37,857 nt of DNA from an uncultured Alistipes sp. GTDB lineage: Bacteria > Bacillota > Clostridia > Oscillospirales > Ruminococcaceae. The first letter of the stretch is position 1, and each line of letters begins with the position of its first letter. The stretch is taken from positions 1 through 37,857 of the forward strand of contig CAZTUV010000001.1 in the NCBI GenBank assembly GCA_964616595.1, written 5' to 3'. Of this stretch, positions 37,855 through 37,857 are shown in pieces. The notes beneath the pieces are model-generated. The model was not told where the DNA came from. It made no database searches and saw only the letters and a list, made by a program, of their open reading frames with translations. The translations under genes and the position numbers were made by a program.

Positions 37855-37857
37855 TTA

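Overview
AT-rich Firmicute DNA, probably from a sporulating Ruminococcus/Oscillospiraceae-like organism (inferred from gene content). Bases 1-24.0 kb form one co-oriented (+ strand) accessory block. It opens with a (CACAG)n repeat and terminator leader and a partner-switching module (STAS, DUF2156-like protein, MATE-HATPase fusion, PP2C/RsbU, RsbW-like). This runs directly into an unusual hybrid biosynthetic cluster: YcaO, two Nif11-type double-glycine precursors, a LanM-like synthetase with a ProcM-type CCG motif, a GNAT, the three-gene NHLP export system, ACP, KS, FabZ-like protein, Cys-less KS/CLF-like protein, an HExxH protein, a radical SAM/SPASM enzyme and FabG. The best reading is a candidate new class of fatty-acylated, multiply modified RiPP. 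Three genes in the block are interrupted: YcaO and the HExxH gene by single-base shifts in A-tracts, and the MATE gene by a 35-bp insert flanked by a 34-bp palindromic duplication that resembles an ectopic CRISPR spacer integration. The block ends at the 3' end of tRNA-Trp. Bases 24.3-37.9 kb are ordinary core genes (UDPGP-family pyrophosphorylase, lepA, hemW, spoIIAA-spoIIAB-sigF, flavin reductase, BofC-like, class A PBP, THUMP methyltransferase, ComF), plus an IS200/IS605 tnpB remnant and a Ddl homologue with altered catalytic motifs. All family calls come from motif recognition by eye, not database searches.
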